DNA of 63,953 bases. It comes from Octopus bimaculoides (Eukaryota). The stretch covers positions 2,721,829 through 2,785,781 of the forward strand of contig NC_068993.1 of assembly GCF_001194135.2 (NCBI RefSeq). The letters run 5' to 3'. This document shows, one piece after another, positions 53,771-63,953 of this stretch; the stretch's first letter is position 1; every line of letters begins with the position of its first letter. The position numbers were made by a program, and so were the translations under genes. The notes below the pieces were generated by a model that had not been told where the DNA came from, did not search any database, and worked only from the letters and a program-made list of their open reading frames with translations.

Positions 53771-54129
53771 GGCACAAGTGTGGCTGTGAGGAAAGAAGTG
53801 TGTCTCCCCAACCACATGGTTCTGGGTTCAGTCCCACTGTGTGGCACTTTGAGCAAGTGTCTTCTAGTATAGCCTCAGGCTGACCAAAGCCTTTTGAGTG
53901 GATTTGGTTGGTGGAAACTGAAAGAAGCTCATTGTATATGTGTGTGTGCCTGTGTTTGTCCACCATAATCACTTGACAGCCAGTGTTAGTATGTTTACTT
54001 AGCAGTTCAGCAAAAGAAACTGATAAAATAAGCACCAGGCTTAAAAAGAGAATAAGTCCTGGGGTTGATTCAAGGCAGTGCCCCAGCATGGCCGTACTCC
54101 AATGGCTGAAACAAGTAAAAGATAAAAGA
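53771..54129 (+). mobile_element. Full-length family C SINE
   Basis: tggctgtgagg...gggttcagtccc...ggcactttgagcaagtgtcttctagtatagc...ggctgaaacaagtaaaagataaaaga. Confidence 0.85.
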
Positions 54130-54484
54130 TCGAGTTAACTACACAAAATCGAAAGGAAATGGGAATGATTGACCACAGGCCAGAGTAAGGAAAGCTGAGC
54201 CATATCTGTTGTCCAGGGGGTTACTCACTAGCTGTACCAGTAAGGGCTGAAATCTTAGCTAAACTGACCATCAAATACATTAACCAAACGCGCCATCTTG
54301 TTGATCAACACCAATCACTCCTTAAGTGCTTTGGCATTTTGGTCAGACCCCCAAACACTTTCTCTGTACACATCTCTATTCCACACATTGACTTTCTTGT
54401 GATCCATTTTAGGAATTCACAGAACAAAGCATAGTTATATAAATCCACTGACCATCAGCTCTGATTACATTCACTGACCTAATA

Positions 54485-54790
54485 GCACTCCATTGCTTTT
54501 GGTGAAGAAAATTCCAGTTGATCTAATCAATAGAACAGCCTGCTCAAAAGATTAATGTACAAGTGGCTGAATGCTCCACTGACATGTGTACTCTTAAAGT
54601 AGTTCTCAATGAGTTCTCAAAGCTGGCCCTTTGAAATACAGGTACAACTCATTTTTGCCAGCCGAGTGAACTGGAGCAATGTGAAATAAAGTGTGTTTCT
54701 CAAGGACACAGTGCATTGCTGGAAATTGAACTCATGAACTTATGATCATGAGCTCAATACACAAACCACTGTGCCACGTCCCTTCACTGA
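54485..54790 (-). mobile_element. Family D SINE, near full length
   Basis: gtgaactggagcaatgtgaaataaagtgtgtttctcaaggac...attgaactcatgaac...aaccactgtgccacgtccct; colinear with 40360-40652. Confidence 0.8.
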
Positions 54791-55200
54791 CCATCAGCTC
54801 CATAAAACTATTGACCAACAATTAAATGAATCCACTGATTAAACAACTTCCTGAAATCCCTTATTTTAGGAGGAAAAGAAACAAATAAAAGTTTCCCCCC
54901 TCTTCTTTTCGTTGTCCGTTTCTTCCTATAATTAATTAAAAAATACAGAAAACATGTTGTATACATCCTTACCCTAATTAGAGTTTTAATTAATTAGTCA
55001 AAAGAATAATGGTGGCACTCATGCTCTTTCATAGAGGTGAGGTTAATGAAGTTAATTATCAATTTGAACTTCTGATATACCTGTGGTAGTAGTGGTGGTG
55101 GTAATGGTGCGGGTGGTGGGGATGGTGGTGGTGGGGGAATGAGGCTGAAGAGTAAATTTGAAAGGGATACAAGTCTTGGGAAGATTAATTGGCAAATATA

Positions 55201-55414
55201 TCCTTTTTGCTGGAGGCACAAGGCCTGAAACTTTGGGGGAGGGGGCCAGTCGATTAGATCGACCCCAGCATGCAACTGGTACTTAATTTATCGACCCCGA
55301 AAAAGATGAAAGGCAAAGTTGACCTCGGCAGAATTTGAACTCAGAATGTTAAGACAGACGAAATACTGCTAAGCATTTCGCCCAGCATACTAAGATTTCT
55401 GCCAGCTCACCACC
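55201..55414 (-). mobile_element. tRNA-derived SINE (family B, ~215 bp), young, with a 16-bp target-site duplication
   Basis: Minus strand ggtggtgagctggcagaaatcttag...ctgagttcaaattc...gcctttcatctttttcggggtcgataaattaagtaccag. TTAATTGGCAAATATA occurs at 55185-55200 and 55415-55430. Confidence 0.9.
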
Positions 55415-55549
55415 TTAATTGGCAAATATAGACATTCAAAATAATTTGTTCCAACTTGAGACTGTCTGCAGAGTAGGTTGAATTAAGGAAACCAGAAAAC
55501 TGACCAACAAATGAGGAAATGGTAATATTTATATTTAAGATAGCAAAGG

Positions 55550-55930
55550 TATCATCATCAGCATCATCATTATAACCATCATTACAATCATCATCTCCAT
55601 CGTTATAACCACCATCATCATCATCATCATCACCGTTGTCATCACTATCACCACTGCTACTGTAACAGAAATAACTACATCATCACCATTACCGTCATCA
55701 TCATCATCATCATCACCACCACCATCACCATCATCGTCATCATTATCATCATCATCATCATCAACATCATTGTCACCATCATCATCATCATCATCATCAT
55801 CATTATCCTTATCATTTGTAATGTTATTGATGATGGTGGTGGTGACGGCAGTGCAGTAGCCGCTCAACTGGTTCGAACACAACACCGTCTCCACCACCAC
55901 CACCACCACCAACACCAACAACAACAACAA
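55550..55930. repeat. (CAT/CAC)n degenerate tract
   Basis: Direct inspection. Confidence 0.9.
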
Positions 55931-56139
55931 CATCGACACTTATTAGACAACAGTTAAAGAAAAAAAAGGTTAATGTTATGCTCTTCCACTTCTTCTCCTC
56001 CCCATCCTTCCACCCCTCCCTTNNNNNNNNNNNNNNNNNNNNNNNNNNNNNNNNNNNNNNNNNNNNNNNNNNNNNNNNNNNNNNNNNNNNNNNNNNNNNN
56101 NNNNNNNNNNNNNNNNNNNNNNNNNNNNNNNNNNNNNNN

Positions 56140-57074
56140 TCCTGCTTAGCTGGGTTCATGCTTGATCGCTTATGTGAAGTATTGTCTAAGGTGGTTTTTG
56201 AGACAATGATTTATGAATGGTTAGATGGCACTGGCTTAAGTGACTTGCTTTCGAACCAAATTACGCTCACTACTATATGCACGTACGTGTGAGTATAAGG
56301 GTAGATGTATGTAGGCTACGGCGTACAAGCATAGCTGTTTATATGTGTGTATGTGTGTATATGCAAATTTGGTGGATATGTGTTGCTAGAAAAGCAGATC
56401 TGCGAGAATGTGTGAAGGATTATGTATGAGTATATGTGTGTTGAATACGTGTGTGCATATGAATGCAGGTTTTATGTGTTTATATATGTGTGTGTGTTGA
56501 ATATGAGTATGTGTGTGTGTGTGTGCGTGTACGTGTATGTTTGTAGCTATCAGTCAATGTGTGTGTTTGAGTATATATGTGAGTATATGGTTCTATATGT
56601 ATATGGTGCTATGAGTGCATATCAGTATGTACATATGTATATACATGCATACATACATACATATATATATNNNNNNNNNNTATATAGAGAGAGAGAGAGA
56701 GAGAGAGATAGATATACATATAAAATAGCTAATGTCATCGTTATTTCTCCCTAAGGAATTTATTACTTCTGCATTCTTGCACTCTCTGACCTTTCTACAA
56801 GTTGCAGTTTTTAAAAGAATTATTTTTGTTTTCTTTTCTTATTTCTTTCTTCCACATAGTAAAAGTACTTCATGCTCTGATGCATTCACGCACATCTATC
56901 ACATTCTTCTTGACTTTCCTTGTGCCACACCCAGCTCAATTTATCTTACCAGTTCCTCACCATTCTTAGCATTCTCTTTCTTGTCTTTTAACCCATGCAT
57001 GTAATGTCCCAGGACTTTCAACCAATGCTGCATAATTTTTAAGTAACTTTTCTTCTCTCACTGAATTCGTAATG

Positions 57075-57075
<1 letters not shown>
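56140..57075 (+). pseudogene. LRR remnant
   Basis: LSDLLSNQITL (ORF 55978-56292); SAFLHSLTFLQV, SDAFTHIYHIL and FLSFNPCM*C (ORF 56732-57004); FLSNFSSLTEF. Confidence 0.45.
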
Positions 57076-57130
<55 letters not shown>

Positions 57131-58499
57131 TGCCAGTGTTGTATTGTAATTAATTTTCCTCTTATTTTTCTCTGACTTCTCCTTTCTCATTTATATATTC
57201 ACACACAGATAGACGTTTGCAGCAGTGTATAATTATGTCTGTATGTACATAATTATACTTATACTTCAATGATACCCCAGCACAAATTAAATGTCTGTGT
57301 GTGTATGTATACTTTTGCATATAGATATGAGCATGTGTGTGTGTGTGTATATAANNNNNNNNNNNNNNNNNNNNNNNNNNNNNNNNNNNNNNNNNNNNNN
57401 NNNNNNNNNNNNNNNNNNNNNNNNNNNNNNNNNNNNNNNNNNNNNNNNNNNNNNNNNNNNNNNNNNNNNNNNNNNNNNNNNNNNNNNNNNNNNNNNNNNN
57501 NNNNNNNNNNNNNNNNNNNNNNNNNNNNNNNNNNNNNNNNNNNNNNNNNNNNNNNNNNNNNNNNNNNNNNNNNNNNNNNNNNNNNNNNNNNNNNNNNNNN
57601 NNNNNNNNNNNNNNNNNNNNNNNNNNNNNNNNNNNNNNNNNNNNNNNNNNNNNNNNNNNNNNNNNNNNNNNNNNNNNNNNNNNNNNNNNNNNNNNNNNNN
57701 NNNNNNNNNNNNNNNNNNNNNNNNNNNNNNNNNNNNNNNNNNNNNNNNNNNNNNNNNNNNNNNNNNNNNNNNNNNNNNNNNNNNNNNNNNNNNNNNNNNN
57801 NNNNNNNNNNNNNNNNNNNNNNNNNNNNNNNNNNNNNNNNNNNNNNNNNNNNNNNNNNNNNNNNNNNNNNNNNNNNNNNNNNNNNNNNNNNNNNNNNNNN
57901 NNNNNNNNNNNNNNNNNNNNNNNNNNNNNNNNNNNNNNNNNNNNNNNNNNNNNNNNNNNNNNNNNNNNNNNNNNNNNNNNNNNNNNNNNNNNNNNNNNNN
58001 NNNNNNNNNNNNNNNNNNNNNNNNNNNNNNNNNNNNNNNNNNNNNNNNNNNNNNNNNNNNNNNNNNNNNNNNNNNNNNNNNNNNNNNNNNNNNNNNNNNN
58101 NNNNNNTTTTTCTTTTTCTCTTCTATGTTTGGACAAACAGACAGAATATATGGTGTAAAAGTAGATATAAGGTAAAAAAAATGTTATATAGGAAAATAAA
58201 AATATGTAAAAAAAAATAATTAACTTAGAATTGAACCTGTATCTCGTAGGTGTTTCTTCGATAAGTCATACAAGTTGATGTGCGTTCAATTCCCTTGAAT
58301 CACTCATTTTTATTTATTTTTTTTTCTTGTGCCTTGTTTCATCTCATGCTCTAACAACACTTTGAAAATACCAAAAAATAAGTTCCCAGTCATCAAGATT
58401 TTGGTTAATTTTTGGTCATTTAAAAAGAGTGGAATTGACAGAATTATCAGAAAGCCTGGCAGAATGCATTCCAGTATTTCAGTGAAATATTGCTAAGGC

Positions 58500-59110
58500 T
58501 GACTTGTATTTTACCCTTCTAGGGTCAATATAGAAAGTTCTACAAAGTAGGGTGTCTTCTATATAGTACACAGAGTTTTGAAATCTTTAATTGAAATGAT
58601 TTCTGCAGTCAGTGGTTGAAGTAAGCCCTCTAGGGTTATACAGAAATAAAAGGAATATCAACAACATTACTTATCCACAATAAGAGGTTCTGTTGCTCAC
58701 ACTATTTGTCTTCATCAAAAACTACACCTACTCCTACGTAGACTTATCCCACTTACAGCCAGGCTCGACATTCACCATCTCAACCACTTCGCAGTGATGC
58801 CTGTTGCTACATACAGCAATACTTGTACCCACCACATACAAGAATGTTACAATGGAAATAAGGATTTGCAGTTCAGTATAATCTAGAATTCATGAAGTGC
58901 AGTGATACTTTGCTTTAGCAAAAGCTAATCCTCAAATGTTAATCCACAAAAGTTAATCCAGAGATTCAATCAATGAAACTTCAGAAATAAAATGTAAATT
59001 AAGGTGTGGTTAATTTATAATGAGAAGAGGAAAATACTATGCTATGGAGAGCCATCCTTCTTCAGAACCAGAAAACAGAGAAGCAAATATGTTGCAGACA
59101 AAAACCTAAA
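58500..59110 (+). pseudogene. LRR/LRRCT-like remnant with possible cytoplasmic tail
   Basis: RLDIHHLNHFAVMPVATYSN; PLRSDACC; YPPYKNVTM; IMRRGKYYAMESHPSSEPENREANMLQTKT*. Confidence 0.3.
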
Positions 59111-59477
59111 TGGAATAACAACTATTCACTTTTACCAATGTGGGTCTCAACATTTATTTTATTCCTTCTCTTCTGCAGAACCACAAGTGTCCAGAACATC
59201 ATATTTTCTCTTTACTCATCATGGCAAATCAATACAATATCTCCTTCCTATTTCATTCATTTGCCAGGGCCTGTATGTATAATATTTATGTTTAGAGACG
59301 ATATTTACTTAATAACAACATCTCCTACATTTGTCTTTGTATATATTTATGTCTCCAAAGGGAAACCTGTTTCCAGAATATGAGTTTTTATTTACTCATC
59401 ATGATAAATCAACAAACTCTAATTCATTTTCATCTACAAACTTTTATACTTTTACAAGTGATTGAACGTATAATATC

Positions 59478-59670
59478 TTTCTACCTTTTTACTTGCTTCA
59501 ATCATTGGACTGCAGCCATGCTGGGGCACAATCTCAAAGGGGTTTTGACTCAGCAAATTGACCCTAGCATTCATTTTAAGCTTCATACTTATTCTATCGG
59601 TCTCTTTTGTTGAACCACTAGTTTGTGGGGTTGTAAAAAAAACCCCACACTAGTTGTAAACCAGTGTAGG
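59478..59670 (-). mobile_element. Family C SINE 3' half
   Basis: ttttacttgcttcaatcattggactgcagccatgctggggcac...tacttattctatcggtctcttttg. Confidence 0.75.
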
Positions 59671-60139
59671 TGATGGTGGTGGTGGTGGTGGTGGTGGTGG
59701 TGGTGGTGGNNNNNNNNNNNNNNNNNNNNNNNNNNNNNNNNNNNNNNNNNNNNNNNNNNNNNNNNNNNNNNNNNNNNNNNNNNNNNNNNNNNNNNNNNNN
59801 NNNNNNNNNNNNNNNNNNNNNNNNNNNNNNNNNNNNNNNNNNNNNNNNNNNNNNNNNNNNNNNNNNNNNNNNNNNNNNNNNNNNNNNNNNNNNNNNNNNN
59901 NNNNNNNNNNNNNNNNNNNNNNNNNNNNNNNNNNNNNNNNNNNNNNNNNNNNNNNNNNNNNNNNNNNNNNNNNNNNNNNNNNNNNNNNNNNNNNNNNNNN
60001 NNNNNNNNNNNNNNNNNNNNNNNNNNNNNNNNNNNNNNNNNNNNNNNNNNNNNNNNNNNNNNNNNNNNNNNNNNNNNNNNNNNNNNNNNNNNNNNNNNNN
60101 NNNNNNNNNNNNNNNNNNNNNNNNNNNNNNNNNNNNNNN

Positions 60140-60378
60140 CAGGTTGACCCAAAAGTAGATTTACAGTTATCACGTAGGCACTATAAATTTCTTTTAAAAC
60201 ATTTTCTTACATTTAAATTTCTATCTTACAAACTGAAAAGGGAACTTGACAAAATTAACTAAATTAGCATAGAATAATGGTTTCACATTTTTTCATAATT
60301 AAGATCTATACTGTTAATATACGAATGCGAAAGAGATAGTTGAATAACTGTAAACCTACTTTGGGGCCACCCGGTGTA
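60140..60378. mobile_element. Tc1/mariner-type MITE of about 240 bp
   Basis: Left caggttgacccaaaagtagatttacagttat (60140-60170) matches the reverse complement of the right end (60344-60374) at 26/31. The right end finishes CACCCGGTG|TA; the left end is clipped by an N gap. Confidence 0.75.
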
Positions 60379-60599
60379 TATATTATTGTGAAGGTTTTTG
60401 TTAAGCAGTGTTGGTTTATTTTTTCTCTGAAGAACTACAAGAATGCAGAATATCATATTGTCTTTTACTCTTCATGTTAAGACCAACAGACAGTAGTTTA
60501 TTGTCATCTACAATCTGTTATATTTTTGCCAGGGCCTGTACGTATAACATACATGTTTAGAATAGAATTCTCTCTACAAGACGTCAGTAATCACGGTTT

Positions 60600-60872
60600 T
60601 GTATTAAATGTTATGATGACGTGGGAAAATAAATAAGATTCGAAAATATTAAAGGTGAAGATAATTGAAAATAATCTTGATTAATTTTTAAGGTAATCAA
60701 ATCCACAGCTGACAGTTTCCAGAAAAGGCAAAAGTGTTGACACCTATTTAAAAATGAATAATTTTGCAGTGCTTTTTTGTTTGTGTTTTGTTTGAAGTAT
60801 CAGGAATTGTATCAGCAAAAGTTGAAGAACTTGTCATCCTCACAATTTCTTTCATCATCATCATCATCGCTG

Positions 60873-60919
<47 letters not shown>

Positions 60920-61991
60920 GTCATCAACATCCTCTGCCTCCTCCTCCCCTTCCTCAACATCATCATGAATAGCAGCAGAAGTCAGCAAAATAACAACAGC
61001 ATCCCAACCACTACTATTATCATCAGTTTTATCACCCCCTCCACAGCCACCACCCTCATCAGCAGAAGCATCATAGTCTTGGATTGAAGAAGACTTCACT
61101 GTTTTTTCTAGCAAAATGGGCACAAATGTATATTTTGCTGGTTTTTGTTGATATCTTAAATTTATAATTAAAGGAAAAAGCTTGTCTGAAAATAATCTTT
61201 TTTGAAGATGAAAAAGAAATTATAGTGTTGGTGAGAGAGAGAAATATTCACTGCTATTTCTAGCAAATGTAGTGAACCTATAGAGGTTCTGCTGCCATTA
61301 GTATTAGGAATAATTGAATGTTAGACTAGTATCACTAATTAACTTGTTAATCATGGCAGACCAGAAAACTAAACAAGCTTAATTTATTTATCCAATCCTG
61401 AGTCAGGATAAAAAAAATAATGGTTAAACCCCCACTTGGAAGCGAAAGAAATAATAAATGGAATCTCTGAGAATCATTATGGCAAATTTAAGGATTTTTT
61501 AAAATTTAAATAAATTTTGCTCTAAAATCATGTTTTTTTTTTTGATTGGGTAATTTTTTTTTCTGTAAACAATTAAAATTAAAATGTCGCAAAATACAAT
61601 TTACTAGAATAATAAAACTTAATTATGAAACGTTTCATCTTAACAGAAGATTGCTCGTAACCAGGGATCGGTTGATAGTCTGGGAGTTTTGAAATATGAA
61701 CCAGTTACTTGATCCAATCAGCTGATATTTTTACAGATTCGTTTAAGTAATTAACAGGGAACACATCCATCAAAGTCATTAATTATTTGCAGGCAAAGAT
61801 TGAATCCAAATTTTTCTTCTATCAACTTTGACATCTGACAATTTCAGCTTTTTTTCTTTTTGTTACAATAATTATCTTTTAATAAATCTCTCTCTTTCTC
61901 TCTCTCTCTCTTTCCCTGTCATTTTATCTTTCCTTATCTCTCTATGTATTTCTGTCTCTATGCATTCTGTCTCATTCTCTCTCTCACACTT

Positions 61992-62024
<33 letters not shown>

Positions 62025-62031
62025 ATTTTTG

Positions 62032-62095
<64 letters not shown>

Positions 62096-62740
62096 GATCT
62101 ATCTATCTATCTCATATCTCATCTCTTTTTTCTCTACATGTATATATTTGCTTGAGTGTGTGTGTGTCGGTGACGACAGTAATGAGGATGATGGTGATGA
62201 TGATTGGGGGGATGGTGGTAGTAGGCATAATGAAGATGACAGCAACAACAATGACAATGATGATATCTGTGAGCTGATGGATATTCTCTTCTTTACTTGT
62301 TAACTAGAAATGACAAAGATATAATGCACCACCACCACCACCACCACCACCATCATTATCATCATCATCACTCTTTTAGCAATTTCTGTGTCTGAGACCA
62401 TTGTCCAAATCCGATGCCACTGTGAAGTATCACCAGTCACATTTCATTGTCACCTTGTCAGTGAAACCAGACTTCAAGGGATCTAATCTGACCAATTCCT
62501 TTAGTTGTTAGAAATGGATTTCTTCTGATTCTGTTTCACATCCACAGAAGATCTTGGAGATCTCTATAAGAAATCATGGTCTAAATTGAATTACACTTTC
62601 ATTAATGTTTTACTTACTTAAGTCCTTTGCTCTCAATCCATCAGAGGCCATCGATGACTTTTATTCAATGTTTCCAAATCTGAGATGTCTTTTCCTCTTC
62701 CAGGATTTGTTAGTTTTGAATTAGCATCAATATTTCTGCA
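60600..62740 (+). pseudogene. LRR remnants interrupted by microsatellites
   Basis: LINF*GNQIHS (60675-60712); VDSLGVLKY...SNQLIFL; ADIFTDSFK*LTGNTSIKVINYLQAKIES (61721-61807); ISSDSVSHPQKILEISIRN; MFPNLRCLFL (62668-62697). Confidence 0.5.
61980..62110. repeat. (CT)n-(ATCT)n microsatellite
   Basis: Direct inspection. Confidence 0.95.
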
Positions 62741-62747
62741 ACCTTGA

Positions 62748-62970
62748 AAGGTTGCAATCCAGCAGACTCATTAGCAAATCAGACAATAATGCTGAATGGC
62801 ATTTCGTCCATCTTTTAGGTTCTGAGTTCAAATTCTGTTGATGTTGATTTTGCATTTAATCCTTTCAGGGTCAATAAAGTAAGTACCAGTCATATACTGG
62901 TGTCAATTTAAGCAACTTATCCCCTGAACCCCAAAACTGCTGGCCTTGAGCCAAAAATTGAAACCAAACT
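62748..62970 (+). mobile_element. Family B SINE, diverged
   Basis: ttctgagttcaaattc...gcatttaatcctttcaggggtcaataaagtaagtaccag...ggccttgagccaaaaattgaaacc. Confidence 0.75.
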
Positions 62971-63061
62971 TTCTGCAACTTTGCTTTTTTTCTTCTTAGG
63001 TGCATTGACCGAATGTCATCCTATTTTTCCCTCTAGTAAGAGTTGGCTCATATTAGTCTAA

Positions 63062-63190
63062 CCTCTGTCCTTTGACCTCTCCAAGCATGGGGAGACCCTA
63101 CCAAGAGCTCTCACTCCTCTGGCACAGCTCTCAGGTTCGCTAAAGCTCACAATCCACCACAATGCAACAAGACCTGGGCCTTGTGGTTGC
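63062..63190 (-). mobile_element. RTE (Expander-like) 5' region remnant
   Basis: Minus strand gagagctcttggtagggtctccccatgcttggagaggtcaaagg resembles the cctggtagggtc(t/a)cccatg...aggtc block of RTE 5' regions (recalled). Confidence 0.45.
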
Positions 63191-63667
63191 ACATACACCC
63201 AATATTGAGAACTTCAAATATAGCCATGGCTGCGCTTGTTGATTTCCTTTACACTGTAGTATGGCCGATAACTTTGGAAAAACTGAATTCAGTTAAAGTT
63301 TCACCAAATATTGACATCTTTGGATATTGTAATTGTGAGTAAATCTAATTTGAAGGAAATCAGGTCAACCTTAATTTAATTCTGGATTCTGGCTGGTGAA
63401 GCTTGTGGCTTTAGTTTTTGTTGCTAAGTCAGACAGTTTATAGAATCATGGCAATGTCTACGATTATTTTGATATATTCATTATTTATGCCTCAAACTAT
63501 TTTTTATTCACTTTCTCTCCATAACATTGTATACATGCATATTCATGCTTATTTACAAATTCACAGACACACACACAAACAGAGACTGCCTGACAGACGA
63601 CAGACAGACAGATACATGCATGTACCACAGCATGGCTGCAGTCTAATGACTGAAATGAGTAAAAGAT

Positions 63668-63953
63668 ATCATCATCATCATCATCATCATCGTTTAACGT
63701 CTGCTTTCCATGCTAGCATGGGTTGGACGATTTGACTGAGGACTGGTGAAACCGGATGGCAACACCAGGCTCCAATCTAATTTGGCAGAGTTTCTACAGC
63801 TGGATGCCCTTCCTAACGCCAACCACTCAGAGAGTGTAGTGGGTGCTTTTACGTGTCACCCGCACGAAAACGGCCACGCTCGAAATGGTGTCTTTTATGT
63901 GCCACCCGCACAAGCCAGTCCAGGGGCACTGGCAACGATCTCGCTTGAAAATC
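63668..63953 (-). mobile_element. Younger copy of the same RTE-tail retroposon, running off the window end
   Basis: Aligns to 577-760 with CpGs retained; (ATC)n tail at 63668-63691. Confidence 0.9.

Larger units (their letters stand above)
59165..60560 (+). repeat. Three diverged copies of a ~130-180-bp unique-looking unit
   Basis: tttactcatcatg at 59211 and 59391 (180 bp apart); tttgccagggcctgta at 59260 and 60525; tcatctacaa at 59430 and 60505. Confidence 0.7.

Overview
AT-rich eukaryotic draft-assembly DNA with 15 N-gaps (about 4.2 kb) and very dense AT/AC/AG/ATC/AAT/AGAT microsatellites. The repeat landscape is typical of octopod cephalopods, which is an inference from repeat families I recall and was not searched. 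I found no intact protein-coding gene, tRNA/rRNA gene or CRISPR array, and nearly all ORFs in the supplied track are microsatellite or gap artefacts. The window holds (i) about 25 copies or fragments of at least four short retroposon families (three tRNA-headed SINEs and one with an RTE-LINE-type tail); (ii) remnants of R4/Dong, RTE and Tx1 LINEs, a Tc1/mariner transposase end and a MITE; (iii) a tRNA-promoter element carrying a minimal type I hammerhead ribozyme fold; and (iv) a recurring signal of heavily decayed leucine-rich-repeat (LRR) coding sequence (LRRNT, LRR and LRRCT motifs broken by stops and frameshifts) in most non-repeat stretches on both strands. That last signal suggests the window is a graveyard of a tandem LRR-receptor gene cluster. 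The LRR calls come from manual translation and need a frameshift-aware profile search with shuffled controls.
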